Positions 50,088-59,854 of a DNA stretch of 64,000 nt are shown here, in pieces (position 1 is the first letter of the stretch; each line of letters begins with the position of its first letter). The position numbers and the translations under genes were made by a program. The stretch is taken from assembly GCA_965205865.1 (NCBI GenBank), contig CBDBHR010000029.1, positions 512,001-576,000 on the forward strand, written 5' to 3'. The stretch comes from a bacterium. GTDB lineage: Bacteria > SAR324 > NAC60-12. The notes beneath the pieces are model-generated. The model saw only the letters and a list, made by a program, of their open reading frames with translations, did no database searches and was not told the origin of the DNA.

Positions 50088-50196
50088 TTTGACTTGATTC
50101 TTTGTTGAAATTACAAACAAGTTATTACCTTGATCAAATTTTGATGTTGCTCAATCACAAGATCATACCAGGTCGTTTTATCAAAAAGTCTCTCTT

Positions 50197-51663
50197 ATGG
50201 CATTGATGTCTATCAGTCGGATCATCTCCCATCATGCGGCAAAACATCCCGAATGGCCCGCTATTACCCATGAAGGACATACTGTGACCGGCAGGGAATT
50301 GGATCTTCATACGAACCGCTTGGCACGGGCATATCAACAAATGGGAGTCAGGCAAAACGATTTTGTGACCGTGGCTCTTCCCAACTGTATCGAATTCTAC
50401 GAAGCCTGTATTGCCATCTGGAAACTCGGCGCTATTCCGCAACCTGTTTCTTACCGTCTCCCTGAAATGGAGTTAGCGTCCATTGTGGAATTGGCAAACC
50501 CGCCTTTGATCGTCGGAGTCGAATTCGGGCAACTCAAAAACCGTCAAATCTTGCCTGCCGGGTTTCAACCGGACCCTCGACTTTCAGACGATTTATTACC
50601 CGATGTGGTTGCCAAACACTGGAAGGCACCGACTTCAGGAGGCAGTACCGGACGTCCAAAGCTGATTGTTTCAGGAGATCCGGGTGAGATGGACCCGGAG
50701 CAGGAGCCTGTTTATTACAATTTATTGTTACCGGGAGGCACTCATTTGGTTCCCGGACCTTTATATCACAATGGACCATTTACCTATTCAATGATTGCAA
50801 TGTTCCGGGGCTGTCACATAGTACTGATGAGTCGATTTGATGCCAAGGAAACCTTGGGTCTCATCGAAAAATATCAAGTCACATGGGTAATGATGGTACC
50901 CACCATGATGCACCGGGTCTGGCGGCTTGGAGAGGAAATTCGCAATCGATATGATCTCTCGTCTCTGCGCGTCATGCTTCACTTGGCAGCGCCTTGTCCG
51001 ATTTGGCTCAAGGAAAAGTGGATCGAATGGTTGGGAGGTCGGGTTTATGAATTGTATGCCGGTACGGAAGGAATTGGAATCACCTGGATCACCAGCGAAG
51101 AATGGTTAGTGCGCAAAGGATCTGTGGGAAAACTGATCACTGAAGGCCAAATCAAAATTGTTGGTAAGAACGACGAGGAGTTAGCGCGGGGTGAAATCGG
51201 TGAAATTTATTTTCTGCCTGCAAAAGGGCAGGGGAGCACCTACCACTATATTGGCGCAGAAGCCAAATCGATCGAAGGGGGTTGGGAATCTCTTGGCGAC
51301 ATGGGGTATATGGATGAAGAAGGCTATATTTACCTTTGCGACAGAAGGAAAGACATGATTCTCAGCGGAGGCGCCAATATCTATCCTGCCGAAGTGGAAG
51401 CGGCGATCGATTCTTTTTCCGGAGTTCGTTCCAGCGCTGTGCTCGGCTTACCGGATGAAGATTTAGGGCAAAGTGTTCACGCCATTGTGGATGCCCCTGA
51501 TGGAATCAATAGTGACGCGTTGTTGGCCCATCTCGCCGAACGACTGGTTCGTTATAAAATTCCACGTAGCTTCGAATATGTCGACGCGCTGCTGCGGGAT
51601 GATGCCGGAAAAACCAGGCGCTCCGCATTGCATCGAGAAAGAATTCAATCTCAATCAAAATAA
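50197..51663 (+). CDS. AMP-binding acyl-CoA ligase (bile-acid-CoA-ligase-like)
   Basis: TSGGSTGRPK, YAGTE, GDMGY, DMILSGGANIYP, YKIPR. Confidence 0.92.
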   Translation: MALMSISRIISHHAAKHPEWPAITHEGHTVTGRELDLHTNRLARAYQQMGVRQNDFVTVALPNCIEFYEACIAIWKLGAIPQPVSYRLPEMELASIVELANPPLIVGVEFGQLKNRQILPAGFQPDPRLSDDLLPDVVAKHWKAPTSGGSTGRPKLIVSGDPGEMDPEQEPVYYNLLLPGGTHLVPGPLYHNGPFTYSMIAMFRGCHIVLMSRFDAKETLGLIEKYQVTWVMMVPTMMHRVWRLGEEIRNRYDLSSLRVMLHLAAPCPIWLKEKWIEWLGGRVYELYAGTEGIGITWITSEEWLVRKGSVGKLITEGQIKIVGKNDEELARGEIGEIYFLPAKGQGSTYHYIGAEAKSIEGGWESLGDMGYMDEEGYIYLCDRRKDMILSGGANIYPAEVEAAIDSFSGVRSSAVLGLPDEDLGQSVHAIVDAPDGINSDALLAHLAERLVRYKIPRSFEYVDALLRDDAGKTRRSALHRERIQSQSK

Positions 51664-51672
51664 GGAGAAAAA

Positions 51673-52455
51673 ATGCCATACCAACCTTTCGACTTGGGGG
51701 GAAAAGTAGTTCTGATCACCGGAGGAAACGGTGGCATTGGGCTGGGATTTGCGGAAGCAGTGGCCCAGGCGGGTGCGAATGTTTGTATTTGGGGCACTAA
51801 TGAATCCAAAAACACGGCTGCCCTTGCAAAGCTCAAATCCTATGGAACCAATGTTGCTGCTATGAAGTGCAATGTGGACAGCGAATCCGAAGTGGAATCC
51901 TGCTTTGCCGATTTTCTGCAAGAATTCGGTCGTGTCGATGGCTGTTTTGCCAATGCGGGAATAGGAGGCGGGGGGCCCGTTTTTCCGGAGATGACCAGTG
52001 AGCAATGGGAACGGATTTTCAGAGTCAATTTATTTGGCGCTTTCTACTGCTTGCGCGCAGCATCCCGTCACATGGTGGAACGTGCTGGAAACGGAGACCC
52101 GGGTGGTCGTCTGATTGGAACTGCCAGTCTGGCGGCAATCAGTGGGGCGCCTCGCAGCGAACACTATGCCGCAACCAAAGGAGGGATGATTTCTATGATG
52201 CGGGGACTTGCAGTTGAATTGGCGCGATATGGCGTGACCGCCCATTCTGTCTTGCCAGGTTGGATTGAAACCGCCATGACCGATGGAATTATTCATGGCG
52301 AAGCGTTTACCAGCAAAGTTCTGCCGCGTATTCCCCAACGCCGCTGGGGAAAACCCGAGGATTTTGGCGCTATTGCCGTCTATATCATGAGCGATGCCAG
52401 TGCTTATCACACCGGAGATGAATTTGTAATCGACGGAGGCTACTTTCTCTTTTGA
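51673..52455 (+). CDS. short-chain dehydrogenase/reductase
   Basis: TGGNGGIG, NAG, YAATK. Confidence 0.95.
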   Translation: MPYQPFDLGGKVVLITGGNGGIGLGFAEAVAQAGANVCIWGTNESKNTAALAKLKSYGTNVAAMKCNVDSESEVESCFADFLQEFGRVDGCFANAGIGGGGPVFPEMTSEQWERIFRVNLFGAFYCLRAASRHMVERAGNGDPGGRLIGTASLAAISGAPRSEHYAATKGGMISMMRGLAVELARYGVTAHSVLPGWIETAMTDGIIHGEAFTSKVLPRIPQRRWGKPEDFGAIAVYIMSDASAYHTGDEFVIDGGYFLF

Positions 52456-52468
52456 TCGAGATCTTTTC

Positions 52469-54187
52469 ATGGGTTTCGCGCTTCCCTATTATCTTAAAAA
52501 ATTATCGTTGGCAGCCCTGATAGGACGGAATCCCTCCCCTGACCGCTCCCTCGAGGAGAGGTGGATTTTAAAGAGCTGGCTTCCTTTCATTGCAATTACA
52601 GTTGCAATACTGCATCCTTGCCTGGCAGATGCGCCTGCGGGGTCCCGAAGAACTGTTGTGCTTGCCGTCACCTCGGATTTACACGGATGGTTGTCCACGG
52701 GTAGCTTGTTTCCGCTTGAAAAGCTTCGTGGAATTTTGCATGTGGGTCCCATTATTGAAGCATTGCGACGTGATTACCCCCAGTTGATTTTGCTGGATGC
52801 CGGAGATACCTTGCAAGGAAGTCCTACCAACTATTATTTCAATTACCATGCGCTTTCCGATCAACCCTTGCCCATCGTCAAATTGATGAATCGACTGCAA
52901 TACGATGCCGTAGTATTGGGAAACCATGATCTGGAGCCACCCCTCGCTGTCCTGCGCAAGAACCTTCGCGGTTCTCGTTTTCCCTGGCTGGCTGCCAATT
53001 TGCTTAGAGAAGACGGAATCCCCTTCCTCCGTCCCTATCATATCCTGGAACGTCAAGGCGTGCTTATTGGCGTCTTGGGGCTGATCACTCCCGGAACCCA
53101 AATGTGGATCAATGAGTCCCATTTGGAAAACCTGGAGTTTCAAGACATGTTCGCCGCAACGAAAAAATGGGTTCCGCTTCTCAAAGAAGAGCATCATGTG
53201 GATTTATTGATCGGATTGTTTCATAGTGGACACAATGTTTCCTACGACCAATGGGCCTCGTTGAATGAAGGGGTTCCGATTGCCAATGCAGCCGGTTTAG
53301 TGGCCGACTATCAGGAGGGAATGGATCTGATCATTTCAGGACACGCCCATCAAACTTACCCCAAGCGCCGCACCGCTAACTTGCGGAAATTTCGCGTTCC
53401 CGTGGTCAGCCCCGGATTCTGGGGAATGGGAGTGAGTGTGATCAAATTCTTTCTCGAGGAACGCCAGGGAAAATGGATCACGGAGAAAATGGAATTTGAA
53501 TTTCTTCACGCTTCCCCTGCCGTTTCTGCGGATCTACAAAACTCAATTTCCCCTGATATCGAGCAAGTTCGCCAATATCTGGAAACCCCGACCGAAGTTC
53601 AACTTTTCGCAATACCTAGCCGGGAGGAGTTTTACCAATGTGGCGCAGCTTTGTCCCATCAAGCGATTGCCGGAAGCCCCGGTGCTCCCATACTCTCCCT
53701 GTTGCCAAGGTGGAAATGGCATGAAATACCGGCCCAGGAACTCCAGCTTCCGCTGAAGAGACTGCATTTGTTCCGTTGGCTCCCATATGACAATTTCCTC
53801 ATACAAACCCGCTTGTATGGACGACAAATTCACATTCTTTTGAGATCTTATCAAAGACTGTTAGAAGAAAAAAATTATCGCTCCGGTTCCTTGCTCATTC
53901 CGGGGGGTTTTCAAGCGCATTTGCGGAATAATGGGGGGACTCCTTCCTTGAAACTCATCCGGAACGAACAGACCATGTCACCCTTCGAATCGTATCCGGT
54001 ATGGTTGACCAATTATCATTGGAACGGGGGAGGTGGGATGAGAGGAGAAGCATTGGCGCATGCATCTCAAAAAATCGCAGAATCCCGGCAGACTCTGAGG
54101 GAGCTCGTCTTTTCCCACTTGCAATTTTTTAGTGGCGAACTGCCCCCTGCTTGCGCAACTTTTCTGAAAAAAATTAACGATTCCTGA
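52469..54187 (+). CDS. bifunctional metallophosphatase/5'-nucleotidase (CpdB-like N-domain)
   Basis: TSDLHG, DAGDTLQG, LGNHD, HSG, SGHAHQ; the true start is probably downstream, near 52560. Confidence 0.85.
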   Translation: MGFALPYYLKKLSLAALIGRNPSPDRSLEERWILKSWLPFIAITVAILHPCLADAPAGSRRTVVLAVTSDLHGWLSTGSLFPLEKLRGILHVGPIIEALRRDYPQLILLDAGDTLQGSPTNYYFNYHALSDQPLPIVKLMNRLQYDAVVLGNHDLEPPLAVLRKNLRGSRFPWLAANLLREDGIPFLRPYHILERQGVLIGVLGLITPGTQMWINESHLENLEFQDMFAATKKWVPLLKEEHHVDLLIGLFHSGHNVSYDQWASLNEGVPIANAAGLVADYQEGMDLIISGHAHQTYPKRRTANLRKFRVPVVSPGFWGMGVSVIKFFLEERQGKWITEKMEFEFLHASPAVSADLQNSISPDIEQVRQYLETPTEVQLFAIPSREEFYQCGAALSHQAIAGSPGAPILSLLPRWKWHEIPAQELQLPLKRLHLFRWLPYDNFLIQTRLYGRQIHILLRSYQRLLEEKNYRSGSLLIPGGFQAHLRNNGGTPSLKLIRNEQTMSPFESYPVWLTNYHWNGGGGMRGEALAHASQKIAESRQTLRELVFSHLQFFSGELPPACATFLKKINDS

Positions 54188-54200
54188 TTCCTGACAATCT

Positions 54201-56300
54201 CTAATTTTGGGACAATTTTTGCCCGCCTGTTTCTAAATAGCGGATGTAGTCTTCCAGGACAAAGACACTCTCTTCCAAATAGACATTTTTCCCAGCATAC
54301 TCAAAGCGCTCCGCCGTCAGAGGATCAGAAGCTTCATTAGCGTTTTCTTCTGATTCACCAACACTTTTTTCCTGAACATTCATGATGCGTTCTTCCATTG
54401 CTTCCCTGGCTTCAAGGCGTTGTGCTTCGTTTTTTCCGAATTCTTCCCGAATGCCCAGAATGGTTGTGTATTCTCGTGGTTTGACATGGGTTAAATATTC
54501 ATCAATAACTTTCTGCGTCTCTTGAAAGAGTGGATGCTCGCTGATCCTTTTTTGAGAAAGTTCGAGAAGCGTGGATAAATAGTTTTGAATGCTTTGATCC
54601 TGTTTGTAAGCAAGTGGTTTGATTTTTTTCCAGGGAAGGGCGTTGTCCAAATGCGATTCTCCAATCTCCCTGTGATTGTTGAGCGAGGGCAGTACAATAT
54701 CCGGCACGACCCCCTTATTTTGAGTGGAGCCTCCGGAAACACGGTAAAACTGAGCAACGGTCACTTTCAAGGCGCCATATTTTTCAGGAAGCCTGGCAAT
54801 GTTTTGTACGGTCCCTTTACCAAAGGTGGATTTATCTCCAATCAAAATGGCGCGTCCATAATCTTGCAACGCTCCTGCCAAAATCTCTGATGCCGACGCA
54901 CTGTAGTGATTGAGCAAAATCAGCAGAGGGCCATGATATACCTGGCTTTGCCGGCTTCTACGGATATCTTTGTCACCAAACGAAGTCCGCACCATCACAG
55001 CCGGTTTTTTACCGACAAAGAGCCCGACCATGTCGATGGCTTCATCAAGCCCACCCCCTCCATTGTTGCGCAGATCGAGGACGACGCCATCCACATTGTC
55101 TTCGACGAACTGTTCCAGGATTTTTTTCACGTCCCGGGTTGCGCTCTTGTAGTCTCGCTGGTTTTTGCGCCGTCCTTCAAAATCAGTATAAAAGGAGGGT
55201 AGATGGATCAAGCCGATAGTATATTCATTGGGACCTTGGAAATCGTCGCTTGCCGGGGTACTGGGCGTGAAAACATAGGATTTTGCTTCACCATCCTTCA
55301 ACACGATTTTTTCCCGGATAATGGCAATGGTAAGGATGGAATCCCCGGCTTCGGTCTTGCGCATGACTTGCAGACGAACTTTTGTGCCACGCTTGCCTCG
55401 GATTAGTTGAACCACGTCAGTCAAGCGGATATCCACGACGCTTTCAAACGAATCATCTCCCTGAGCAACAGCCAAAATACGGTCGTTGACCAGAAGGCTC
55501 CCTTCACGAAAAGCTGCTCCTCCGGGAACAACGGAATTCACCACAGTGTATCCGTTGTCCCAACGGAGAACGGCTCCGATCCCTTCCAGGGAAAGTCTGA
55601 TGTTGATTTCAAAATTCTTCTGATCATGAGGTTCCATATAGGTCGAATGGGGATCATAACCGCTGGTGAACGCGTTGAGATATATTGCCACCACATTGTT
55701 ATCCGTGAATTGGGAAAAATTTTTCCAGTTTGACTGTGCTCTTTGCAATAAGCGTTTTTTGGCTTCTTCTTCGGAGTCACCACCCAATACCAGAGTCAGC
55801 AGTTCAAACTTGAATTTGAGCCTCCAGAGCTTTTGTGCCGTTTCAAGACTCTCAGGATAAGGCTCCTGATCCCGGTCAATTTTCATGGAAGCATCAATAT
55901 TGAAATCAAAATCTTCTTTTTCCAATATCTCCACGTATTCCAAGTGCTCTGCGATGCGGGTTTTGAAGCGCGTGAAGATGCGCAGCGCGAGCTCAATGTC
56001 TTCCTGTTCCAACAGATCATCAATGCGGTCCTCATATTCAAGAAATTCATCGATATCCGCCTGTCGAAAATAATAATGTCCCGGGTCGAGGCGGCTGAGG
56101 TAGGTATTGAGCATCTTGCGTGAAAGATCATCGTCAATCGGCTTTTGAGCATAATGCATCGAGGCAAAGTGATGGGCAATCCTGGTAACAGTGGGTCCTG
56201 TTAAAGGCGCATCGTCCTCTTTGGCTTCAATCAAAAATGACTGGCTGAAAACTAAAAAACAAAAAACGAATGTGGCAAGAGATTTGAGATGCATGGTCAT
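54201..56300 (-). CDS. prc: carboxy-terminal processing (tail-specific) protease
   Basis: DPHSTY, PDZ GIGAVL, DLRNNGGG, SASASEI, FGKGTVQ. Confidence 0.93.
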   Translation of the reverse strand: MTMHLKSLATFVFCFLVFSQSFLIEAKEDDAPLTGPTVTRIAHHFASMHYAQKPIDDDLSRKMLNTYLSRLDPGHYYFRQADIDEFLEYEDRIDDLLEQEDIELALRIFTRFKTRIAEHLEYVEILEKEDFDFNIDASMKIDRDQEPYPESLETAQKLWRLKFKFELLTLVLGGDSEEEAKKRLLQRAQSNWKNFSQFTDNNVVAIYLNAFTSGYDPHSTYMEPHDQKNFEINIRLSLEGIGAVLRWDNGYTVVNSVVPGGAAFREGSLLVNDRILAVAQGDDSFESVVDIRLTDVVQLIRGKRGTKVRLQVMRKTEAGDSILTIAIIREKIVLKDGEAKSYVFTPSTPASDDFQGPNEYTIGLIHLPSFYTDFEGRRKNQRDYKSATRDVKKILEQFVEDNVDGVVLDLRNNGGGGLDEAIDMVGLFVGKKPAVMVRTSFGDKDIRRSRQSQVYHGPLLILLNHYSASASEILAGALQDYGRAILIGDKSTFGKGTVQNIARLPEKYGALKVTVAQFYRVSGGSTQNKGVVPDIVLPSLNNHREIGESHLDNALPWKKIKPLAYKQDQSIQNYLSTLLELSQKRISEHPLFQETQKVIDEYLTHVKPREYTTILGIREEFGKNEAQRLEAREAMEERIMNVQEKSVGESEENANEASDPLTAERFEYAGKNVYLEESVFVLEDYIRYLETGGQKLSQN

Positions 56301-56479
56301 TTTTTGAGATGGAGTGAAAAATTGTTCCACGTTATCAGTTCAAAAATACATGTTCCATACCTGATATACAATCACTATTCGCATCTTTGAGGATTGCAGA
56401 CTTTGCGCATTTCAGGCAGTCGTCTTCCATCAATAAAAAATTCTCTGATCATTTTAGCGCTTTTTGGAATTTCCAACAA

Positions 56480-57112
56480 TCAATAAGCGCAAATTCGCAC
56501 AGGAGCCGAAAGCATGGCGCCATAAACATAAGCCGGAGTGACCAGGTAGTTAGAAATGAGGAACAGCATAAAAATGCCAACCAGCGGAGAAAGGTCAATC
56601 CGCATGCGGGGGAGGTATCGTTGAATGGGGGTGATCAGAGGTTCGGCCAGCAGGTGTACAACACGGACAATCGGGTTGTTGAATGCCGGTGAGACCAAGG
56701 TCAATATAAACCAAATTCCTAAAATAATAATCGCAAACCAGATGACACTGTAAGTGACAATCCCTATTCCTTGTATCGCATGGCCCCCAATTTGAAAGAG
56801 GACGGTTTCCAGGCCAATCATTTGCTGCATAAAAAGATTGAGAGTTTGCGCCGATGCGGGAATCAGGGTATGCAGGAAAATGACAACCAGTAAGGCAACG
56901 TAAGCATTGAAGAGTTGCAGAGAGGCGGGCAGGCGCTGATAGCACCATGCCCATAAAGGATAGGTCACCCGGTTCACCCAGCGTACAATGGGATTGTAGG
57001 GGTCCGGGGTCACCCAAGTGAGGAAAATTGCGATAATTGTGATCCACTTGTAAACCCAAAAGACAAAACAAAGGGCCTGTGCCAGAAAATCAACAGCCTG
57101 GAAGAGCATCAT
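56480..57112 (-). CDS. yggT: YggT-family membrane protein (two YggT repeats)
   Basis: PDPYNPIVR and NNPIVR..AEPL..DLSPL. Confidence 0.88.
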   Translation of the reverse strand: MMLFQAVDFLAQALCFVFWVYKWITIIAIFLTWVTPDPYNPIVRWVNRVTYPLWAWCYQRLPASLQLFNAYVALLVVIFLHTLIPASAQTLNLFMQQMIGLETVLFQIGGHAIQGIGIVTYSVIWFAIIILGIWFILTLVSPAFNNPIVRVVHLLAEPLITPIQRYLPRMRIDLSPLVGIFMLFLISNYLVTPAYVYGAMLSAPVRICAY

Positions 57113-57510
57113 CGTAAATCTTTCACGGCGGTAAAGGATTCTCCACAGCCACATTGATATCCATTGATGAGCTGTTGGAAAACGAAACCTTGCTCTACCA
57201 TGTTGGCATCCGTGTAATCGATTTCTACAGAACCCAATATCTCAGTCAAACAGGTTTTGTCCACCACAATATTGACGCCATGCGAAATAAATTTCTCATC
57301 CTCTGCTTTTATATCACCCTCGGTATTGAAATCCAATTCATAACGATATCCGGAACACCCACCGGGGTTGGCATCGATTCGCAGAAATGAATCCTCGAGC
57401 TCCTTCCCTTCTTCCCGGCATGATTGTTTGAAGATCTCTGCGGCTTTTTCCGTTAGTACCACTTTGGCTCCTGAATCGGAAAACCAGAGAGATTGACCAG
57501 TATCTGACAT
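57109..57510 (-). CDS. HesB/IscA/ErpA A-type Fe-S carrier
   Basis: LTEKAA, GGCSGYRY, CGCGESF. Confidence 0.92.
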   Translation of the reverse strand: MSDTGQSLWFSDSGAKVVLTEKAAEIFKQSCREEGKELEDSFLRIDANPGGCSGYRYELDFNTEGDIKAEDEKFISHGVNIVVDKTCLTEILGSVEIDYTDANMVEQGFVFQQLINGYQCGCGESFTAVKDLR

Positions 57511-57549
57511 AGTAGTTCCTCAAGGTGAATAATGTTCAATGGATTCAAA

Positions 57550-58269
57550 TTAATACAGTGGAATCGCAGGATCAAAGCTCTGAGACCAGTTATTGATTCC
57601 CCCTTCCACGTGTGAAACATCCTGAAATCCCTGGGACGTGAGAAAGCGTGCTGCATCCAAACTTCTCATTCCATGGTGGCAAATGAGGATAATTGGCGTG
57701 TTTCGATCCCAGGATGACAACATTTCGTCCACCAACTCCTCATCAATCAGCTCAGCGCCTTCAACACGGGCCAATTCCCATTCTTCCGGGGAACGAACAT
57801 CGATGAACCGGCAGTTTGCATCGTTTTTGAGTTGTTCCGCAATCTGTTGGGGCGAGGCAACCTTCACTTCTGCCGGAGCAGGTGGAGGCGTGAATTCGCG
57901 ATCCGGATAGGCTTCCTTCAAGAGTGGCAGCCATTCCCTGGTTTCGGAAAGCTCCGTTACGATATCACAGCCTCCCACAAAGCTTTTGTTGATGTAGAGC
58001 TGGGGGATGGTCGGCCAGTTCGAGTAAGTCTTGATCCCTTCCCGAATATCATGATCCGACAGCACATCGAAAGATTGGAAAGGAATTTCCCATGAGCGCA
58101 GAATCTGCGTCATTTTCGCCGAAAATCCGCATTGCGGAATTTCTGGCGTACCCTTCATGAATAGAAAGACAGGACTGTTTGACACCATCGCCTCGATCCG
58201 CCCTTGGGGATTCCGGGTATTTTGTTCGCTTGACACTTGTGATTGAGAAGAGACTACCTTAAATTTCAT
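57550..58269 (-). CDS. grxD: monothiol glutaredoxin (Grx4) fused to rhodanese domain
   Basis: FMKGTP..PQCGFS, WPTIPQ, GGCD; then DVRSPEEW and CHHGMRS. Confidence 0.9.
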   Translation of the reverse strand: MKFKVVSSQSQVSSEQNTRNPQGRIEAMVSNSPVFLFMKGTPEIPQCGFSAKMTQILRSWEIPFQSFDVLSDHDIREGIKTYSNWPTIPQLYINKSFVGGCDIVTELSETREWLPLLKEAYPDREFTPPPAPAEVKVASPQQIAEQLKNDANCRFIDVRSPEEWELARVEGAELIDEELVDEMLSSWDRNTPIILICHHGMRSLDAARFLTSQGFQDVSHVEGGINNWSQSFDPAIPLY

Positions 58270-58297
58270 ACTATTTCCTTTCTTTTTTCAATTGTTT

Positions 58298-58540
58298 TCA
58301 TACAGAGGACTTCCCGTCATTTCCAATCGCTTCGACCGGACACGATTCCAGTGCTTCCACACACAAATCCTCTTCTTCGTCAGTCAAAGGTTGTTTGTAG
58401 ACAAAATCGTGTCCCTCTTCTTCATTGACCTTGAAATTATCGGGGGCGATCTCAGAACACAAATTGCAGTCGATGCATTCCTCATCGACATAATATTTTC
58501 CCGCTACGTTTTCCGGCCATTTCAAATTTAGTTCAGCCAT
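58298..58540 (-). CDS. ferredoxin (single cluster)
   Basis: CIDCNLC...CPVEAI. Confidence 0.9.
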   Translation of the reverse strand: MAELNLKWPENVAGKYYVDEECIDCNLCSEIAPDNFKVNEEEGHDFVYKQPLTDEEEDLCVEALESCPVEAIGNDGKSSV

Positions 58541-58961
58541 GATTTCAGGGATTCCTTCCTTTGCTGGGAAAAAGCCAATGCTCCTCAATAAATTCGACGG
58601 AATCGCAAGTCTTTCCAATTTTACGGATAGACTTCCATATGGGAATTGCGCTTCATTAAAAGCGCTCCTGATCGAAAATATTTCCGACTTTCTAAAATAG
58701 CACTATCGCGATTCTCATTCAACCTGAAAAACTCGCGGGTTACTGCCATCCTATCGGTCGATTGAAGCCGAAACTCTTCAGTTTTGCAATTTATTAATGA
58801 GTGCTGAGGAATAGATGGCAAAAAAATTGCTTTTCCTTGTGGAGGATTCAAAGAGGACATCTGAGAAACAATCTCAAATCAGCATTTCCTCCGGATTACG
58901 AGCACTTTCAAGAAATCGCCATACAAGTGTTTGTTAAACACAAATCCAGTTTGTAGTTCTT

Positions 58962-59828
58962 ATGAATACTCAAGAAGGCAATTATTATCAAATTTTGAAT
59001 ATTCCGGAGAATGCCTCTCCCGAAGAAATAGACGAAGCTTATGACTTGGTCTGGCAAAGCTATGAGATGGATGAGTTGGAAAACTATTCCTCGTCTTCCC
59101 ACATGAATGGCGATGCCATCATGCAGCGAATCTCATGCGCTTACATGACATTGATTGATCCCACCACTCGTATTCGTTATGATCAATCACTGCATTCACA
59201 ACCTTCAAGACCTCTTGTTGAAAATGATGCAGGCAAGGCTGGACAGCCCTCTCCTTCTCAAAATTCTTCCTTCTCCATTTTCCACAGGGCATTCAACGGA
59301 ACTCCCCGGCAAAATACTCTTGTTTTGCCCCAAGAGCCCCCTCATCTCTTTTTTGAGAAGTCTCCAGCGAATCTTACGGAAGATGCTCAGGTCTCAGAAA
59401 AAACCTTGTCTTATTCTATGCAGGAAGAACTTACAAAACCTCCCATCTCTCAAAGCAAAGCGTTTGCAGAGTTAATGGAAGACCATTTGGCAACACGTTG
59501 CAAAATCAGAAAAATCATTGAGAAAAAAAACAAAGAAAGTCGCCAGAAAATTGAAAATTTTATCTCGACCATCAAAACTTTCAATGGACAGTTATTGCAA
59601 CAAATCCGACAATTAAAATCCATCAAATTGGTAGAAGTGGCTCAGGAGACCTGTGTGAAAATCACTTACTTGCAAGCTATTGAAAGCGAAGAATTCTCGA
59701 AGTTGCCCAATGGCTTGATTTACGTGAAAAATTATATCCGCGCTTATGCACGGTGTTTGGAGCTACCAGTTCAAAAAATAACGGAAGATTGTCTCGAGCT
59801 TTATGATGTCTGGCAGCAACATACCTGA
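58962..59828 (+). CDS. J-like domain plus C-terminal HTH_25 (RodZ-type) protein
   Basis: NYYQILNIPENAS...AY.TLIDP..R..YD; C-terminal LQQIRQ...YLQAIE..F..LP..YVKNYIRAYA. Confidence 0.75.
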   Translation: MNTQEGNYYQILNIPENASPEEIDEAYDLVWQSYEMDELENYSSSSHMNGDAIMQRISCAYMTLIDPTTRIRYDQSLHSQPSRPLVENDAGKAGQPSPSQNSSFSIFHRAFNGTPRQNTLVLPQEPPHLFFEKSPANLTEDAQVSEKTLSYSMQEELTKPPISQSKAFAELMEDHLATRCKIRKIIEKKNKESRQKIENFISTIKTFNGQLLQQIRQLKSIKLVEVAQETCVKITYLQAIESEEFSKLPNGLIYVKNYIRAYARCLELPVQKITEDCLELYDVWQQHT

Positions 59829-59854
59829 CTCCTGAAAAAGATTGATACGAAATT

